The notes under the pieces: generated by a model | The model's input: the letters and a program-made list of their open reading frames with translations, nothing else | What the model was told of the DNA's origin: nothing | The model's database searches: none | Program-made: the position numbers and the translations under genes | NCBI GenBank assembly: GCA_964016885.1 | Contig: OZ024762.1 | Span: 2,542,001 to 2,606,000 of the forward strand | Source: Eledone cirrhosa | Taxonomy: Eukaryota | Direction: 5' to 3' | DNA: 64,000 bases | In this document: piece after piece, positions 62,301 to 64,000 of the stretch | Numbering within the stretch: position 1 is the stretch's first letter | How the letters are laid out: each line of letters opens with the position of its first letter

Positions 62301-64000
62301 CAAACTTTGTAGGTAAGACAAACTTTGTAAGACAAAGTTTGTAGGTAAGACAAACTTTGTAAGACAAAGTTTGTAGGTATGACAAACTTTGTAAGACAAA
62401 CTTTGTAGGTAAGACAAACTTTGTAAGACAAACTTTGTAGGTAAGACAAACTTTGTAAGACAAACTTTGTAGGTAAGACAAACTTTGTAAGACAAAGTTT
62501 GTAGGTAAGACAAACTTTGTAAGACAAAGTTTGTAGGTAAGACAAACTTTGTAAGACAAACTTTGTAAGACAAAGTTTGTAGGTAAGACAAACTTTGTAA
62601 GACAAAGTTTGTAGGTAAGACAAACTTTGTAAGACAAAGTTTGTAGGTATGACAAACTTTGTAAGACAAAGTTTGTAGGTAAGACAAACTTTGTAAGACA
62701 AAGTTTGTAGGTAAGACAAACTTTGTAAGACAAAGTTTGTAGGTATGACAAACTTTGTAAGACAAAGTTTGTAGGTAAGACAAAGTTTGTAGGTAAGACA
62801 AACTTTGTAGGTAAGACAAAGTTTGTAAGACAAAGTTTGTAGGTAAGACAAAGTTTGTAGGTAAGACAAACTTTGTAGGTAAGACAAAGTTTGTAAGACA
62901 AAGTTTGTAGGTAAGACAAAGTTTGTAAGACAAAGTTTGTAGGTAAGACAAAGTTTGTAAGACAAAGTTTGTAGGTATGACAAACTTTCTAAGACAAAGT
63001 TTGTAGGTAAGACAAAGTTTGTAGGTAAGACAAACTTTGTAGGTAAAACAAAGTTTGTAAGACAAAGTTTGTAGGTAAGACAAAGTTTGTAGGTAAGACA
63101 AAGTTTGTAAGACAAAGTTTGTAGGTATGACAAACTTTGTAAGACAAAGTTTGTAGGTAAGACAAAGTTTGTAGGTAAGACAAACTTTGTAGGTAAGACA
63201 AAGTTTGTAAGACAAAGTTTGTAGGTAAGACAAAGTTTGTAGGTAAGACAAAGTTTGTAAGACAAAGTTTGTAGGTAAGACAAAGTTTGTAGGTAAGACA
63301 AACTTTGTAAGACAAAGTTTGTAAGACAAACCTTGTAGGTAAGACAGACTTTGTAGGTAAGACAAAGTTTGTAAGACAAAGTTTGTAGGTAAGACAAAGT
63401 TTGTAGGTAAGACAAAGTTTGTAGGTAAGACAAAGTTTGTAAGACAAAGTTTGTAGGTAAGACAAAGTTTGTAGGTATGACAAACTTTGTAAGACAAAGT
63501 TTGTAAGACAAACTTTGTAGGTAAGACAGACTTTGTAGGTAAGACAAAGTTTGTAAGACAAAGTTTGTAGGTATGACAAACTTTGTAAGACGAAGTTTGT
63601 AAGACAAACTTTGTAGGTAAGACAGACTTTGTAGGTAAGACAAAGTTTGTAAGACAAACTTTGTAAGACAAACTTTGTAGGTAAGACAAAGTTTGTAGGT
63701 AAGACAAAGTTTGTAGGTAAGACAAAGTTTGTAAGACAAAGTTTGTAGGTAAGACAAAGTTTGTAGGTAAGACAAAGTTTGTAAGACAAAGTTTGTAGGT
63801 AAGACAAAGTTTGTAGGTAAGACAAAGTTTGTAGGTATGACAAACTTTGTAAGACAAAGTTTGTAAGACAAACTTTGTAGGTAAGACAGACTTTGTAGGT
63901 AAGACAAAGTTTGTAAGACAAAGTTTGTAGGTAAGACAAACTTTGTAAGACGAAGTTTGTAAGACAAACTTTGTAGGTAAGACAGACTTTGTAGGTAAGA
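59399..64000. repeat. 14/18-bp satellite (gtaagacaaacttt / gtaggtaagacaaacttt), runs off the window
   Basis: Direct tandem repeat in intron 2 of the CIMAP2-like gene. Confidence 0.97.

Noticed and set aside
59351-63967. Minus-strand ORFs up to 1488 aa (YKVCLT/KFVLPT/QSLSY)
   Set aside because: All three frames are open because the satellite lacks stops on that strand; no coding signal.

Overview
AT-rich, microsatellite-dense eukaryotic genomic DNA. The repeat landscape looks like a coleoid cephalopod (Octopus-like); this is inferred from the repeat style, not from a search. Most long ORFs in the supplied track are artefacts of simple repeats. Two real genes are present. (1) A complete minus-strand dihydropyrimidine dehydrogenase gene (DPYD): 23 coding exons from 46294 down to 11013, all GT-AG and phase-consistent, 3084 nt, 1027 aa. 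(2) The first two coding exons of a plus-strand gene resembling CIMAP2/LEXM (KFTGAPFG...RFD), with an RFX X-box-like motif upstream. A GC-rich, decayed CRE-clade non-LTR retrotransposon lies between the two head-to-head genes. Also present are RTE and CR1-type LINE fragments, tRNA-derived SINEs, MITE ends and two roughly 5-kb intronic satellites. The most notable observations are: several families of type I hammerhead-ribozyme motifs, often in inverted pairs; an intronic satellite built from tandem AG|GT splice-site motifs and self-complementary 11-mers; a 288-bp perfect palindrome; and TE-derived minisatellites.
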